Shown piece by piece: positions 1-10,529 of a stretch of 64,000 nt of DNA. Below the pieces are notes generated by a model. It did no database searches. It worked only from the letters and a program-made list of their open reading frames with translations, and was not told the origin of the DNA. Position numbers and translations under genes: made by a program. The DNA is from Escherichia coli (lineage in GTDB: Bacteria > Pseudomonadota > Gammaproteobacteria > Enterobacterales > Enterobacteriaceae), in assembly GCF_002854065.1 (NCBI RefSeq), contig NZ_CP024151.1. One strand, given 5' to 3'. Numbering within the stretch: the first letter of the stretch is position 1; every line of letters begins with the position of its first letter.

Positions 1-125
1 TGCAGTTGCCATGTTTTACGGCAGTGAGAGCAGAGATAGCGCTGATGTCCGGCGGTGCTTTTGCCGTTACGCACCACCCCGTCAGTAGCTGAACAGGAGG
101 GACAGCTGATAGAAACAGAAGCCAC
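1..125 (-). CDS. insA: IS1 InsA, N-terminal part (3' end lies outside window)
   Basis: Minus-strand translation from GTG at 125 reads [41 protein letters not shown], the InsA N-terminus. Confidence 0.7.
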   Translation of the reverse strand, partial: MASVSISCPSCSATDGVVRNGKSTAGHQRYLCSHCRKTWQL

Positions 126-180
126 TGGAGCACCTCAAAAACACCATCATACACTAAATCAGTAAGTTGGCAGCATCACC
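1..180 (-). mobile_element. IS1, terminal ~180 bp (element continues beyond window start)
   Basis: Reverse complement of 158-180 is the IS1 terminal inverted repeat GGTGATGCTGCCAACTTACTGAT; the following bases match the IS1 insA 5' region. Confidence 0.8.
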
Positions 181-709
181 AGATTCTGACCAGACGGTTC
201 AGGCTGTACGCTTACGGTTGTCGTGAAGGAGGGGGAAGACCATCTCATCGCTTACTGATGTTCCTGTTACTATATCTATTGAATCCTGGCTATAAGTTCG
301 CTGTTTAAAGAATTATATGAATAGCACCAATTAATAAGTTAATATTAAAAAGAAGACAGACCTTCTAAATAAACGCATTGAATCTATGTTCCCTTGTGAG
401 TGTTTTTACGTTTGGCGGGAGGCCTGGAACCTCGGGATTTAACTTTTCTTTTTATATTTTTGATAAAATCATCAATAGAAAACTGAATCGTCTCTGATAA
501 ATACTGTTGAGCTATATCTGTACTCTGTTTTTCTAAATCAGAAGCTTTCTTTGTTTCAAGAACAGATTTGATTAACTCCTTACGTTGTGTACACCAAATC
601 TCGTCAGATGAACAGTATTTTTTATTTTCGTGTTTGTTCATTATTTATTGCTCTAACTGATTTATTTCCCTATATCCAGGGAGTAGATATATCTACTCCC
701 TGCTTATTA

Positions 710-2407
710 TCATTTCACGTTAGTTAAAGATTTTTTTATATTCTCAAATTTGGCTTGGTTGATATCACTGATCGGTTTTTGACTTGACGTGATGAAGTCA
801 ATCATAACAGCCTTCATATTCTTAACCACATCAGGATGGGATGCAGAGAGATCTTTAGTTTGTTGCAGATCGTTGATATCGTACAGAGCTAGTTTATTCT
901 CTGCATAGGTGTAAACCAGAGAATAATCGTTGCTTCTTACAGTGTATGCAAACTGGCTTAAGTCTTCTGTATGTGGGTTGTGCGGATAATCATCAGACTC
1001 TTTTCTCACGAATTTATGATATCCGTTCCAGAATGCAGTGTTCTCTTCGTCCCACCAGTGAGAATAAGAGGTAATCCAGGACAGATATTTGTGAGGTTCG
1101 CCAGCTGCAGATTTCTTATCAGCTCCTTTCTGTACATATGGCAATAATGATACACCATCTAGTTTCAGAGAAGCAGGGATCTTGATATCTGCGGCATCTA
1201 AAGCGGTCGGATAGAAGTCCATTGATGAAACCAGTTTGTCATAATCACCCGTTTTCAGCTTGCCATTCCACCACATGAACATAGGTGTATGCATACCACC
1301 CGGATACGGTTGGCCTTTGTAACCAGCCTGCGCACCATTCAGTGGCAGTGGACCATCAATTACAGCACCGTTATCAGAGGTGAACAGAATGATGGTGTTG
1401 TCGTACTGACCTTTTTCCTTAAGTGTATTCAGGATCTTTTTAACCCCCTGGTCAACGGAGTAAATTGACGCATAATAGTTATCAGCAGTCTTGCTACCAG
1501 TGTTGAATTTCTCCTGATAGTTTTTAGGCGCAGGCTGATCGTTAGGCAGGTGTGGTGCACTGTATGCCAGATAAATCATAAATGGCTGTTCCAGTTTGCT
1601 TGCACGGTCAATTACACCAATTGCTTCATCAGTTAATTGATCACTAATGTACCCTTCAGCTTTAATGTTTTCACGGTTACGGAACAATGACGGGGAGTTA
1701 TAAAGTGAAACGCCGGATGCGTGATAGCCCATGAAGTAGTTGAAGCCACGATTCTGAGGTTGCCATTCTTCTGCGGAGAAGGTGGTGAAGTTATCGTGGT
1801 AGTCACGGGTTTGTTTTTCTTCAGGCACACCTACGTTGCTGATTTTTGATAAGTGCCACTTACCGATTGCTGCAGTGTAATAACCATGATTCTGAAGTAA
1901 TTCAGACAGGAATGTTTCTTCCAGAGGGATACCATCCTGTGCATCAGAATTTGAATATACACCGAAGCGAGCAGGAGCTCGCGCCGTCAGGATTGCGGCA
2001 CGTGAAGGGCCAGAGACACCGTGTGCAACATAGCCGTTAGTGAATTTTACACCTTCGTCCATCAGGGCCGCTAATGTTGGAGTGGATTTTTTTGCAGCTT
2101 CAATTGCTTTATCAATACCTATTTTGTATGTATCAACAACATTTCGGTTATCCATCGTTTTAGGGTCAAATGAACTATCATCAAAAGGCAATTGTCCATA
2201 CCCTAAATCATCCATTGTTAAAACAATGATATTTGGCTTACCTTTAGTGCTGTATTCCGTCGGCGTGAAGTCCGCAAAGGCAACATTGGTTTTTGTTGCT
2301 TTGAGCTTAACATCATCTGCTGCATTTGCAGTACTCATCATCAGACCAGATGCTAATATAAGTGATATTGATGAGTTAAGCAGTTTTTTATTTAACTGAT
2401 GTTCCAT
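710..2407 (-). CDS. Sulfatase family enzyme (Ser-type, signal peptide; YdeN/AtsA-like)
   Basis: 565 aa ORF with N-terminal signal peptide and sulfatase signature SGPSRAAILTARAP (S-x-P-x-R); ATG preceded by GAAGGA. Confidence 0.8.
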   Translation of the reverse strand: MEHQLNKKLLNSSISLILASGLMMSTANAADDVKLKATKTNVAFADFTPTEYSTKGKPNIIVLTMDDLGYGQLPFDDSSFDPKTMDNRNVVDTYKIGIDKAIEAAKKSTPTLAALMDEGVKFTNGYVAHGVSGPSRAAILTARAPARFGVYSNSDAQDGIPLEETFLSELLQNHGYYTAAIGKWHLSKISNVGVPEEKQTRDYHDNFTTFSAEEWQPQNRGFNYFMGYHASGVSLYNSPSLFRNRENIKAEGYISDQLTDEAIGVIDRASKLEQPFMIYLAYSAPHLPNDQPAPKNYQEKFNTGSKTADNYYASIYSVDQGVKKILNTLKEKGQYDNTIILFTSDNGAVIDGPLPLNGAQAGYKGQPYPGGMHTPMFMWWNGKLKTGDYDKLVSSMDFYPTALDAADIKIPASLKLDGVSLLPYVQKGADKKSAAGEPHKYLSWITSYSHWWDEENTAFWNGYHKFVRKESDDYPHNPHTEDLSQFAYTVRSNDYSLVYTYAENKLALYDINDLQQTKDLSASHPDVVKNMKAVMIDFITSSQKPISDINQAKFENIKKSLTNVK

Positions 2408-2502
2408 ATGGTATTCCTTCTGAGTTGCATCACGAACATTTATTAATAATAAAAGCCTCTGATATAAATAAAAACTATGTAAATCGTTTAAATGGATACC
2501 TG

Positions 2503-3639
2503 TTAAAACTGATACATCATACCAACAGCAAGTATATTATCGGTTGCAACTCCAGCCTTTTTGGTAAATTCGCTTTCATCAATAAGGTTAATTTTGTAAT
2601 CAATAAGAAGTGACATGTTTTTGTTCAGAAAGTAGTTTGCGCCAACATCAATATACTCAACAAGAGACTGATCGCCATAGTTTACTATTCCACCTTTAAC
2701 ATCCATCCCTTTGGACTGAACGTAAGCCAGTGAAGGACGCAGGCCGAAATCAAACATATACTGAGCCACAACTTCAATATTCCGTGCTTTATCTGCGATG
2801 CCTGCGCTACCAAATGGAGTCATATTTCGGGTTTCAGAGTAGTCAGCTGCCAGATACAGGTCATTATCATTATACTTGACCCCAACACCTGCAAACTCCG
2901 CATGTTTTCCCCCGGCAATCCAGCGAGGCGTAATAACTTCTTTTCCTTCTGAATCTTTCGATGTCATGAAACGTTTACGGCCTTCTTTTTCCTGCAGACT
3001 GGTTCTGTCGGCATTAGTGTAAGCGGCAACGATTCCAAAACCTTCATAGTCATAGCTTACGGAGAAACCATATCCATCACCATTAGCTTCAAGTAAATTA
3101 TCACGGTCATTTTTACCCTGATATTGAGCAGAAAAAGTAAGTCCATCAACAAGCCCGAAGAAATCTGTATTGCGCCAGGTCAGAACTCCGGTTGTTCTGC
3201 CGGTCATATAGTTATCAGAGTAAGTCCAGCTGTCACCACCAAAGTCCGGAAGTACGTCAGTCAGAGCCCCCACATCATAGGCAACACCATAGTTTCGCCC
3301 ATAATCAAGTGAACCGAGTATATTGTGGCGAATACCTGCAAATGCCAGACGATTTTTATCGTTGCGTACTTCACTTTCTGTCTTAAACCCCAGGAACTGG
3401 TATTCCCACTGACCAAAGCCAGTCAGGCTCTCATTAATTTGTGTTTCGCCTTTGAAACCAAGACGTGCAAATGTTCTGTCGCCATCCATAGAACCATCAG
3501 AGATGTAATGACGGGCTTTAACGCGACCATAAAAATCCAGTTTATTACCGTCTTTATTATAGATTTCTGCTGCCTGTGTTGCCTCACACAGCATTAATGC
3601 AGAAACGACAGAGCACACAACCACACTTAATTTTCGCAT
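2503..3639 (-). CDS. Outer-membrane general porin (OmpC/OmpF/PhoE family)
   Basis: Starts MRKLSVVV... with signal peptide, AEIYNKDGNKLD and GFGQWEYQ motifs, C-terminal ...MMYQF; start taken at internal ATG (track M8). Confidence 0.8.
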   Translation of the reverse strand: MRKLSVVVCSVVSALMLCEATQAAEIYNKDGNKLDFYGRVKARHYISDGSMDGDRTFARLGFKGETQINESLTGFGQWEYQFLGFKTESEVRNDKNRLAFAGIRHNILGSLDYGRNYGVAYDVGALTDVLPDFGGDSWTYSDNYMTGRTTGVLTWRNTDFFGLVDGLTFSAQYQGKNDRDNLLEANGDGYGFSVSYDYEGFGIVAAYTNADRTSLQEKEGRKRFMTSKDSEGKEVITPRWIAGGKHAEFAGVGVKYNDNDLYLAADYSETRNMTPFGSAGIADKARNIEVVAQYMFDFGLRPSLAYVQSKGMDVKGGIVNYGDQSLVEYIDVGANYFLNKNMSLLIDYKINLIDESEFTKKAGVATDNILAVGMMYQF

Positions 3640-4192
3640 AAAAAAATCCCCTGTGCACATTTTTAGTATGGTTTTAAAAATTAAACTATGGCGAAAAAAT
3701 TATCACCATGCAAATATGTAACAAAATATTTCTCGGTGATCTATGTTGTTGTTTTTATTTGAGGTTGTATATTTTCTAGTGTATTTGACTTTTCTTTCTT
3801 AAGTGTTATTTCTCGACCTTTATCACAGAACCATCTCCCTGGATATCCCCATAACATTGCATGAAAAGCAAGTTTTACCAATCTTGATTTTCAGTGTTAA
3901 ATAAGATTAATAACTGTAATTCTGCAAAAAAAAGAACACCATATGTAGTATGACTACGTATTCCACTCTGTTCGTTCACGGACTGGCATCGAAGTCTGAG
4001 GTGTACTGGCAATAGCGGATACAGTCATTTGTTCTTTTTTTAAGCATTCATCCGATGATACTTTTCCTGAATGCTACCGGAGTGGTATTCCCCTGCCGTG
4101 ATAGACTGGCCCCCTGAATCTCCAGACAACCAATATCACTTAAATAAGTGATAGTCTTAATACTAGTTTTTAGACTAGTCATTGGAGAGCAG

Positions 4193-4558
4193 ATGATTGA
4201 TGTCTTAGGACCGGAGAAACGCAGACGGCGTACTACACAGGAAAAGATCGCTATTGTTCAGCAGAGTTTTGAACCGGGAATGACGGTCTCCCTTGTAGCC
4301 CGGCAACACGGTGTGGCAGCCAGCCAGCTATTTCTCTGGCGCAAGCAATACCAGGAGGGAAGTCTTACTGCTGTGGCCGCAGGAGAACAGGTCGTTCCTG
4401 CCTCTGAACTTGCTGCTGCCATGAAGCAGATTAAAGAACTCCAGCGCCTGCTCGGCAAAAAAACGATGGAAAATGAACTCCTTAAAGAAGCCGTTGAATA
4501 TGGGCGTGCAAAAAAGTGGATAGCGCACGCGCCCTTATTGCCCGGGGATGGGGAGTAA
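4193..4558 (+). CDS. insC: IS2 transposase OrfA (InsC)
   Basis: [56 protein letters not shown]... matches IS2 InsC. Confidence 0.9.
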
Positions 4559-5421
4559 GCTTAGTCAGCCGTTGTCTCCGGGTGTCGCGTGCGCAGTTGC
4601 ACGTCATTCTCAGACGAACCGATGACTGGAAAGATGGTCGCCGCAGCCGTCACTCAGATGATATGGATGTACTTCTCCGTATACACCATGTTATCGGAGA
4701 GCTGCCCACGTATGGTTATCGTCGGGTATGGGCGCTGCTTCGCAGACAGGCCGAACTTGATGGTATGCCTGCGATCAATGCCAAACGTGTTTACCGGATC
4801 ATGTGCCAGAATGCGCTGTTGCTTGAGCGAAAAACCGCTGTACCGCCATCGAAGCGGGCACATACTGGCAAAGTGGCCGTGAAAGAAAGCAATCAACGAT
4901 GGTGCTCTGACGGGTTCGAGTTCCGCTGTGATAACGGAGAAAAACTGCGAGTCACGTTCGCGCTGGACTGCTGTGACCGTGAGGCACTGTACTGGGCGGT
5001 CACTACGGGCGGCTTCGACAGTGAAACAGTACAGGACGTCATGCTGGGAGCGGTTGAACGCCGCTTCGGCAACGAGCTTCCGGCGTCTCCAGTAGAGTGG
5101 CTGACGGATAATGGTTCATGCTACCGGGCTAATGAAACACGGCAGTTTGCCCGGATGTTGGGGCTTGAACCGAAGAACACGGCGGTGCGGAGTCCGGAGA
5201 GTAACGGCATAGCAGAGAGCTTCGTGAAAACGATAAAGCGTGACTACATCAGTGTCATGCCTAAACCAGACGGGTTAACGGCAGCAAAGAACCTTGCAGA
5301 GGCGTTCGAGCATTATAACGAATGGCATCCGCATAGTGCACTGGGTTATCGCTCGCCACGGGAATATCTACGGCAGCAGGCCAGTAATGGGTTAAGTGAT
5401 AACAGGTGTCTGGAAATATAG
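4516..5421 (+). CDS. insD: IS2 transposase OrfB (InsD), DDE integrase domain
   Basis: 301 aa ORF overlapping insC in another frame, as in IS3-family elements; matches IS2 InsD. Confidence 0.9.
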
Positions 5422-5832
5422 GGGCAAATCCAGTATCCGGATGTGCTGCCAGCCTTCTCAGTTAACCGATGTTTTCCGGGCTTTTTGCCATACTGAGGAC
5501 TGATAACGTATTCCTGGTCGTAAAACCCGTCAATATGCGCCGGGGCATCGACAAAACTGACACAGTACGTCCGGAAAGAACTTAACGCTGCATGGCACGA
5601 CAATGCTGCCTTTGTCTTTACCAACAAGGCTCGTTCCCGCATAAAAGTTCTACGCCGGGATAAACATGGCGTATGGCTGCGTCAGGCCTTCACTACTTCA
5701 CACCGGAAGTCTTCCAGCCTGACACGAATATACCGTCCGGGCTCTTTCGCAGGTGCAAACAGTTTTTCACATTCGGCGAATGTCATTTCTGAATCCTGGT
5801 AACGCAACCACTGAACCGGCATATTACCGGGT

Positions 5833-6438
5833 TTGATTATTGTCGCAGTTATTTTATATCGTTTCCCCATATCGCCTCTCATCCTGACAACAAAATTACC
5901 GGCTGAGCCAGGGGGCCCTCACCCCCCTATAAGGGGTCCGCTTGGAAACATATCGAAGAAAACGGCCGGCGGGAGGAATACGGCGCGCTACCTGGGTCGT
6001 TATCTGAAGAAGCCGCCGATAGCAGCCTCCCGGCTGGCACATTACAACGGAGGGGCGAGCCTGAGCCTCCGTTACCTGGACCACAAAATGGGAGAAACGG
6101 CGACGGAAACGCTGACACAGCGAGAGCTGGTCGCGAGGCTGAAACAGCACATCCCGGAGAAGTTTTTTAAGATGGTGAGGTACTTCGGGTTCCTTGCCAA
6201 CCGGGTGTGTGGAGAGAAGCTGCCGCAGGTGTACCGTGCTCTGGGGATGGATAAACCGGAAGCAGTGGCGAAAGTGTGCTATGCACAAATGATGAAACAG
6301 TTCCTGAGTCGTGATCCGTTCGAATGCGTGCTGTGTGGCAACCGGATGGTATACCGCCGGTCCCTTGCGGGGCTGAATGTATCAGGGCTGAAGAAAAACG
6401 CGCGGGATATCAGTCTGCTGAGGTATATGCTGGCCTGA
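5833..6438 (+). pseudogene. IS91-family transposase, C-terminal remnant
   Basis: ORF contains ARYLGRYLKKPPIAASRLAHYNGG...LRYLDHK, typical of IS91/IS801 transposase C-termini; no N-terminal HUH/Y2 domain, left part cut by IS2. Confidence 0.4.
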
Positions 6439-6704
6439 CGCAGGCTAAGTGTGCCCGGGAATTGGTGCAGGAATAAAAAACAGCCTGTTGCGGTATAAGA
6501 ATCGACCATGCAGAGAGATAAAACACCGGAGTGGTGGGAAAAGCAGAAGAGCTCACGTGGCATAAGGCGTGGACAGCGGTATCGTCTGGTTTTTCAATTT
6601 CCTATACGTCAAGGATATTTAATGGAATATCAAACATTTGGCCTGATAACAATGCTCAAGGATTAATACCTGCAGGCTATGTTAAAGTTGTCCCCACACA
6701 CAAT

Positions 6705-6980
6705 CTACCTGTTTTCTCGTGTGTGCCACAGGCGCAATACATAAATAGTCTGGCCAGTAAGTTCGTAACGGATTTCGTACTCGCCAGCATAAATCCGTCT
6801 GACCTCCCTGGGTTCAAACTGAAACAACTGTTCTCCCATACGTGGATGAGTTAACAGAATGACCGGTGCCTGTGTCAGGGACTGCACCGTTCTGGCTGCA
6901 GCTGGTTTACTGGCCAGCGCCAGAAAATCATATAACCGCGCCAAATCAGAAAGCGCCTTACTGGTCCACTTCAGTTCCAT
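6705..6980 (-). CDS. Type II toxin, RelE/ParE family
   Basis: 91 aa, start overlaps the stop of the upstream small gene; pattern ...RRIYAGEYEIRYELTGQTIYVLRLWHTRE typical of ParE/RelE. Confidence 0.75.
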   Translation of the reverse strand: MELKWTSKALSDLARLYDFLALASKPAAARTVQSLTQAPVILLTHPRMGEQLFQFEPREVRRIYAGEYEIRYELTGQTIYVLRLWHTRENR

Positions 6981-7264
6981 CAGCGAGGCACCGGTAACGG
7001 ATTGTCAGTACCGAGGCTGTCCGCCCAGGCCTGTACAGCCTGATGGTCGATAACCTGTCCGGATGTCACATCGTCCAGGGCTTCCAGCGTCAGGCGATTA
7101 CGCTCCTCCTCCTGGGCAAGCCATGCAGAAAGCGCCTGTTTGATAATCCAGCCCCGGGACCGTTCCAGTCTGGCGGCCATCTGGTCGACTTTATCAGCCA
7201 TAGGTAATGGCACATGCGCAGTAATTACTTTTGTTACTTGTGCGGTATTGTTTTTCATTTGCAT
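6980..7264 (-). CDS. Type II antitoxin, ribbon-helix-helix (CopG-like)
   Basis: 94 aa immediately upstream of the toxin with 1-nt overlap; RHH-like segment RLERSRGWIIKQALSAWL; start could be the track M1 or the ATG 6 nt downstream. Confidence 0.7.
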   Translation of the reverse strand: MQMKNNTAQVTKVITAHVPLPMADKVDQMAARLERSRGWIIKQALSAWLAQEEERNRLTLEALDDVTSGQVIDHQAVQAWADSLGTDNPLPVPR

Positions 7265-7899
7265 ATCCGATTAGTTGTTAATCATATTTAATCATAGTGA
7301 TTACTTTCAGACGGAACAAGACAAATAATGCGCGTCAGCGCATGTAAGGCGGCATACGGTGGTTACATGTAGCACAGGAGTAAAACCGCCGAAGCCCGGC
7401 GTAAGCCGGTACGGACTGATAGATTTCACCTTACCCATCCCCAGCCCTGCCAGACCATACCCGCTTTCAGCCATGAGAGAGCTTCTGTGCGCGGTCGGAG
7501 TGGTCCCGACGAGGGTTTACCCGAAGTCGGGGCGTATCTCCGCGTTAGCGGGCCGTCAGGGCCGCTTACGAGCGTGTACTGAGAACTTCCAGCCAGAAGA
7601 CTGACAGCAATGATAATGTAGTTACAACATTCATAATTAAAAGCGACTCTGTTCCGGCCCGAAGGGCCGGGGCGGGGCCGCTTTTCAGTTATGAGGGAGG
7701 GGCTTTGTGGTTTCAGTTCTGCGCGGGACCGGGGTTTTCCTGGTGGTTGTATTTGAGTGTTGTAACTAAAATGGCTCCGGTCGGGGCCCGCCGCTTGCGG
7801 TGGGAGGTGCATATCTGTCTGTCCACAGGACAGGCAGTGAATAGGTTTTCTTTTTAAATGAATGTAGTTAAGTAGTTTAAAGGAGATATAAACAGGTGT

Positions 7900-8174
7900 T
7901 TAAAAGATACATTGCACCCTGTAAGGCTGGCGGATGGCGCTTTATGACATGAACGGTTGTAACCTTATGGGGAAGTCCCTTGCAGTTAAATGTGGATAAG
8001 CAAAATTCCTCGTCTGTGAGGCGTGTTTTGTATCAAAAACAGGAGGGACCGGATGCACCTGAAGGTGGATGATGAGGTTGTTTTTTGTATGCGGTGCTGT
8101 TTTTTTGTTCGCCGACAGGCTTCAGGCGTGCAGATGCCTCCGGTGCGGGCCGGATTATTCAGAGGAGGTCACTT
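7900..8174 (-). other. RepFIIA-type origin of replication (oriR) region, approximate
   Basis: Immediately downstream of repA1; DnaA box TGTGGATAA at about 7991-7999; AT-rich stretch. Confidence 0.5.
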
Positions 8175-9032
8175 TCAGGGGGAAGCTGTGGCCAGCCGGC
8201 TGTAATTACGGTTACGTGACAGAATCATGCGCTCTTTCACACGACGCTCCACTTCGCGTTTTACCGCCTCACGATTGGCAGTGAAGCGCCCTTCCGAGAT
8301 TTCACGCGTCAGCTGCCGTTTCACCAGGGTGACGATATCCTGACGTTCCCTGTTCGCATCACGACGCGCACGGGCACGCTTTATTCCACGGGACTTAAGC
8401 TCTGTCTGGTAACTGCGGAAACGCTCACGCACAAAACGCCAGGCTTTCGCTATCAGTTCATCCATACCCAGGGTATCCAGTCCCTGCTTTTTGCGCTGTC
8501 TGTTTTCCCATTCAACACGACTGCGGCGCGCAGCAACTACTGCATCCTCAGACACATCAAGGGCGGCAAATAGCGCCGGTGTGAACGTGATATCGGTCGG
8601 AATGTAGCACCCGATAAGCGGATCATATTCCGTCTGGTAGGTAATCAGTCCCAGCTCTGCAAGGAACGTCAAGGCTCGGGTGGCCCGGGTGATGGAGAGT
8701 TTTCCGGCAGCAGACTCCGTCGCCAGTCCGCACTCAATGGCCAGCGTAGTGATGGAGCACTGGACGCGGTTGGCCAGCGGGTCATAGTGAAAACACAGCC
8801 CCTGCAGCAGCGCATCAATAGCCCGGCGACGCAGTACCGGTGGCATGCGCCGACGCAGTCCCTTCGAACGGGCATGTGCCACATGAATGGCGAAATCAAA
8901 ACGGGAGGTGAAGCCCACCGCCTTTTCCATCAGTTTTTCGCAGAACTTCAGCGTTCCGGCACCTTCACGGGGTGTGAACACCGGATTCGGGTTTTTAACC
9001 TGTGAATAGTATTTTTGAAGGAGATCAGCCAT
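8175..9032 (-). CDS. repA1: Replication initiator RepA1 (IncFII)
   Basis: From internal ATG: [56 protein letters not shown]..., near-identical to R100/R1 RepA1. Confidence 0.9.
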   Translation of the reverse strand: MADLLQKYYSQVKNPNPVFTPREGAGTLKFCEKLMEKAVGFTSRFDFAIHVAHARSKGLRRRMPPVLRRRAIDALLQGLCFHYDPLANRVQCSITTLAIECGLATESAAGKLSITRATRALTFLAELGLITYQTEYDPLIGCYIPTDITFTPALFAALDVSEDAVVAARRSRVEWENRQRKKQGLDTLGMDELIAKAWRFVRERFRSYQTELKSRGIKRARARRDANRERQDIVTLVKRQLTREISEGRFTANREAVKREVERRVKERMILSRNRNYSRLATASP

Positions 9033-9108
9033 GTCCCCCTCCAACACTATTCCCCCTCCTACGGGCGGCAACTAGCTCGTCTGGGCCGACACGTAAAGTT
9101 TCGAACAT
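9025..9108 (-). CDS. tap: repA1 leader peptide (tap/repA6-like), translationally coupled
   Basis: 27-codon [30 protein letters not shown] whose stop overlaps the repA1 start codon, the arrangement known for IncFII tap. Confidence 0.45.
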   Translation of the reverse strand: MFETLRVGPDELVAARRRGNSVGGGHG

Positions 9109-9805
9109 ATCTGGTCTGAACCAGATGGTTCCTCCATCAAAAGCGATGAGATGAAGATCATTATCAAGAGTTTTGAGGGCTCTCCAAACACGAGTGTATG
9201 AACCTCCACTACAAACTGAAAGCTCTTTAACAGATAAGTTAACTTTGTTCGTATCAGGGATGTAGTGTGCGCACATTACTTGTACGAGGGAAACATAAAA
9301 ACTAACCATCGACGCGCTGATTTTATTTTTACGTTTGCCATGCGCTATTGCAAGAAAACCTCTGATGAAGATCAGATGCTTGAAGGAGTCAAAATGAGCC
9401 CTTTTCTGGAGAAGGCAGCAAAACGGGTGAGGATACTTGCTGGAATCAATGTGAAGATCTGATTCAATCCCACCCGCTATTACTGAATGTGTTTCATGAT
9501 TAGCCACACCATCCTGCACTTACAATGCACAGAAGGAGTGAGCACAGAAAGAAGTCTTGAACTTTTCCGGGCATATAACTATACTCCCCGCATAGCTGAA
9601 TTGTTGGCTATGCGGTTTTATGGGGCCCCGGTAATCTTTCTAGTCGCCAAACTTGAAGAAGATTATCGGGGTTTTCGCTTTTCTGGCTCCTGTAAATCCA
9701 CATCAGAACCAGTTCCCTGCCACCTTACGGCGTGGCCAGCCACAAAATTCCTTAAACGATCAGCAATCTACCACTCACTCCTGAGATAAGCAAGAATGTG
9801 AATAT

Positions 9806-10063
9806 TTACGAAGTCGCTCTGCGTTTCAACTCTGATTCAATCAGTTTTTCAAGCATCTGCGCCTGAGTAATACCTTCCTCATCCGCAAGTTCACTCAGCC
9901 TGTCTTTTAACCGGGCCTGAATAACCGCATGAAAAGCCTTATGAGTGTTGCTTCTGCGAGCCAGAGAAGCTCTTTGCCTCTCTCTGGCCGGAACAGGGTT
10001 ACCTTTCCGGTATGTACGCTTGGTGCCTGATGAGGAAGTCACTGCATTTTCTGTCTGCGACAT
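9806..10063 (-). CDS. copB: Copy-number control repressor CopB (RepA2)
   Basis: [11 protein letters not shown]...[17 protein letters not shown] resembles R100 RepA2/CopB. Confidence 0.85.
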   Translation of the reverse strand: MSQTENAVTSSSGTKRTYRKGNPVPARERQRASLARRSNTHKAFHAVIQARLKDRLSELADEEGITQAQMLEKLIESELKRRATS

Positions 10064-10178
10064 CTCGCCTCCTCAATTCTCAAACAGGGATCGTTTCGCA
10101 GAGAATACTACAGTTTTTTGAAATCAGCGACTTGAAAGTTGTGACGATGATCTGTGTTGGCGCACAAATCATGTCTGA

Positions 10179-10529
10179 TTACGACCGTTTAATGTGATTT
10201 TGATAATGAAATGACTGAAAAGCTGGAAATGCCTTAGCCAGGGTGCCGGCCCCGGGCGGGACCGGCTGTTTCTGGTATATAGGATGTCTGCCCCTGAAAT
10301 ACCTCACACTTCCGGAAAGCGGGGACTTCCGTGCTTCGTAGGCCAGAGTTACCTGCACCACTGTATTTCCTCTGTGAATATTCAGCTCACATAACCGTTC
10401 CCTGAATATCAGTGAAAAACACAACACCATGGCGCACACGGCGAGCAACCCGATAAGGGCATATTTCGTCATAAACTTTGACCTCTCTGCAAAGAAGAGG
10501 CTACAATCAGTAGTGTTAAGGTACTTCAT
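10179..10529 (-). CDS. srnB: SrnB/PndA (Hok-family) toxin locus: mok-like leader in frame with toxin; ORF lacks the expected stop
   Basis: MKYLNTTDCSLFFAERSKF-MTKYALIGLLAVCAMVLCFSLIFRERLCELNIHRGNTVVQVTLAYEARK matches SrnB; reading frame continues 48 codons past ...EARK. Confidence 0.7.
   Translation of the reverse strand: MKYLNTTDCSLFFAERSKFMTKYALIGLLAVCAMVLCFSLIFRERLCELNIHRGNTVVQVTLAYEARKSPLSGSVRYFRGRHPIYQKQPVPPGAGTLAKAFPAFQSFHYQNHIKRS

Larger units (their letters stand above)
4102..5432 (+). mobile_element. IS2, complete 1331 bp copy
   Basis: Ends TAGACTGGCCCCCTGAATCTCC ... GGGGCAAATCCA and length 1331 bp match IS2; contains insC and insD. Confidence 0.9.

Noticed and set aside
384-641. 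85 aa lysine-rich ORF between the IS1 end and the sulfatase gene
   Set aside because: AT-rich region, no Shine-Dalgarno sequence and no recognisable domain; cannot be supported as a gene.
5682-5882. 66 aa minus-strand ORF between IS2 and the IS91 remnant
   Set aside because: No start context and no recognisable family; lies in mosaic IS-junction DNA, so probably a gene fragment.
7359-7812. ORFs of 81 and 128 aa in the region downstream of oriR
   Set aside because: GC-rich hairpin-rich non-coding region, consistent with primosome/G-site-like structures; Pro/Gly/Arg-rich translations and no RBS.
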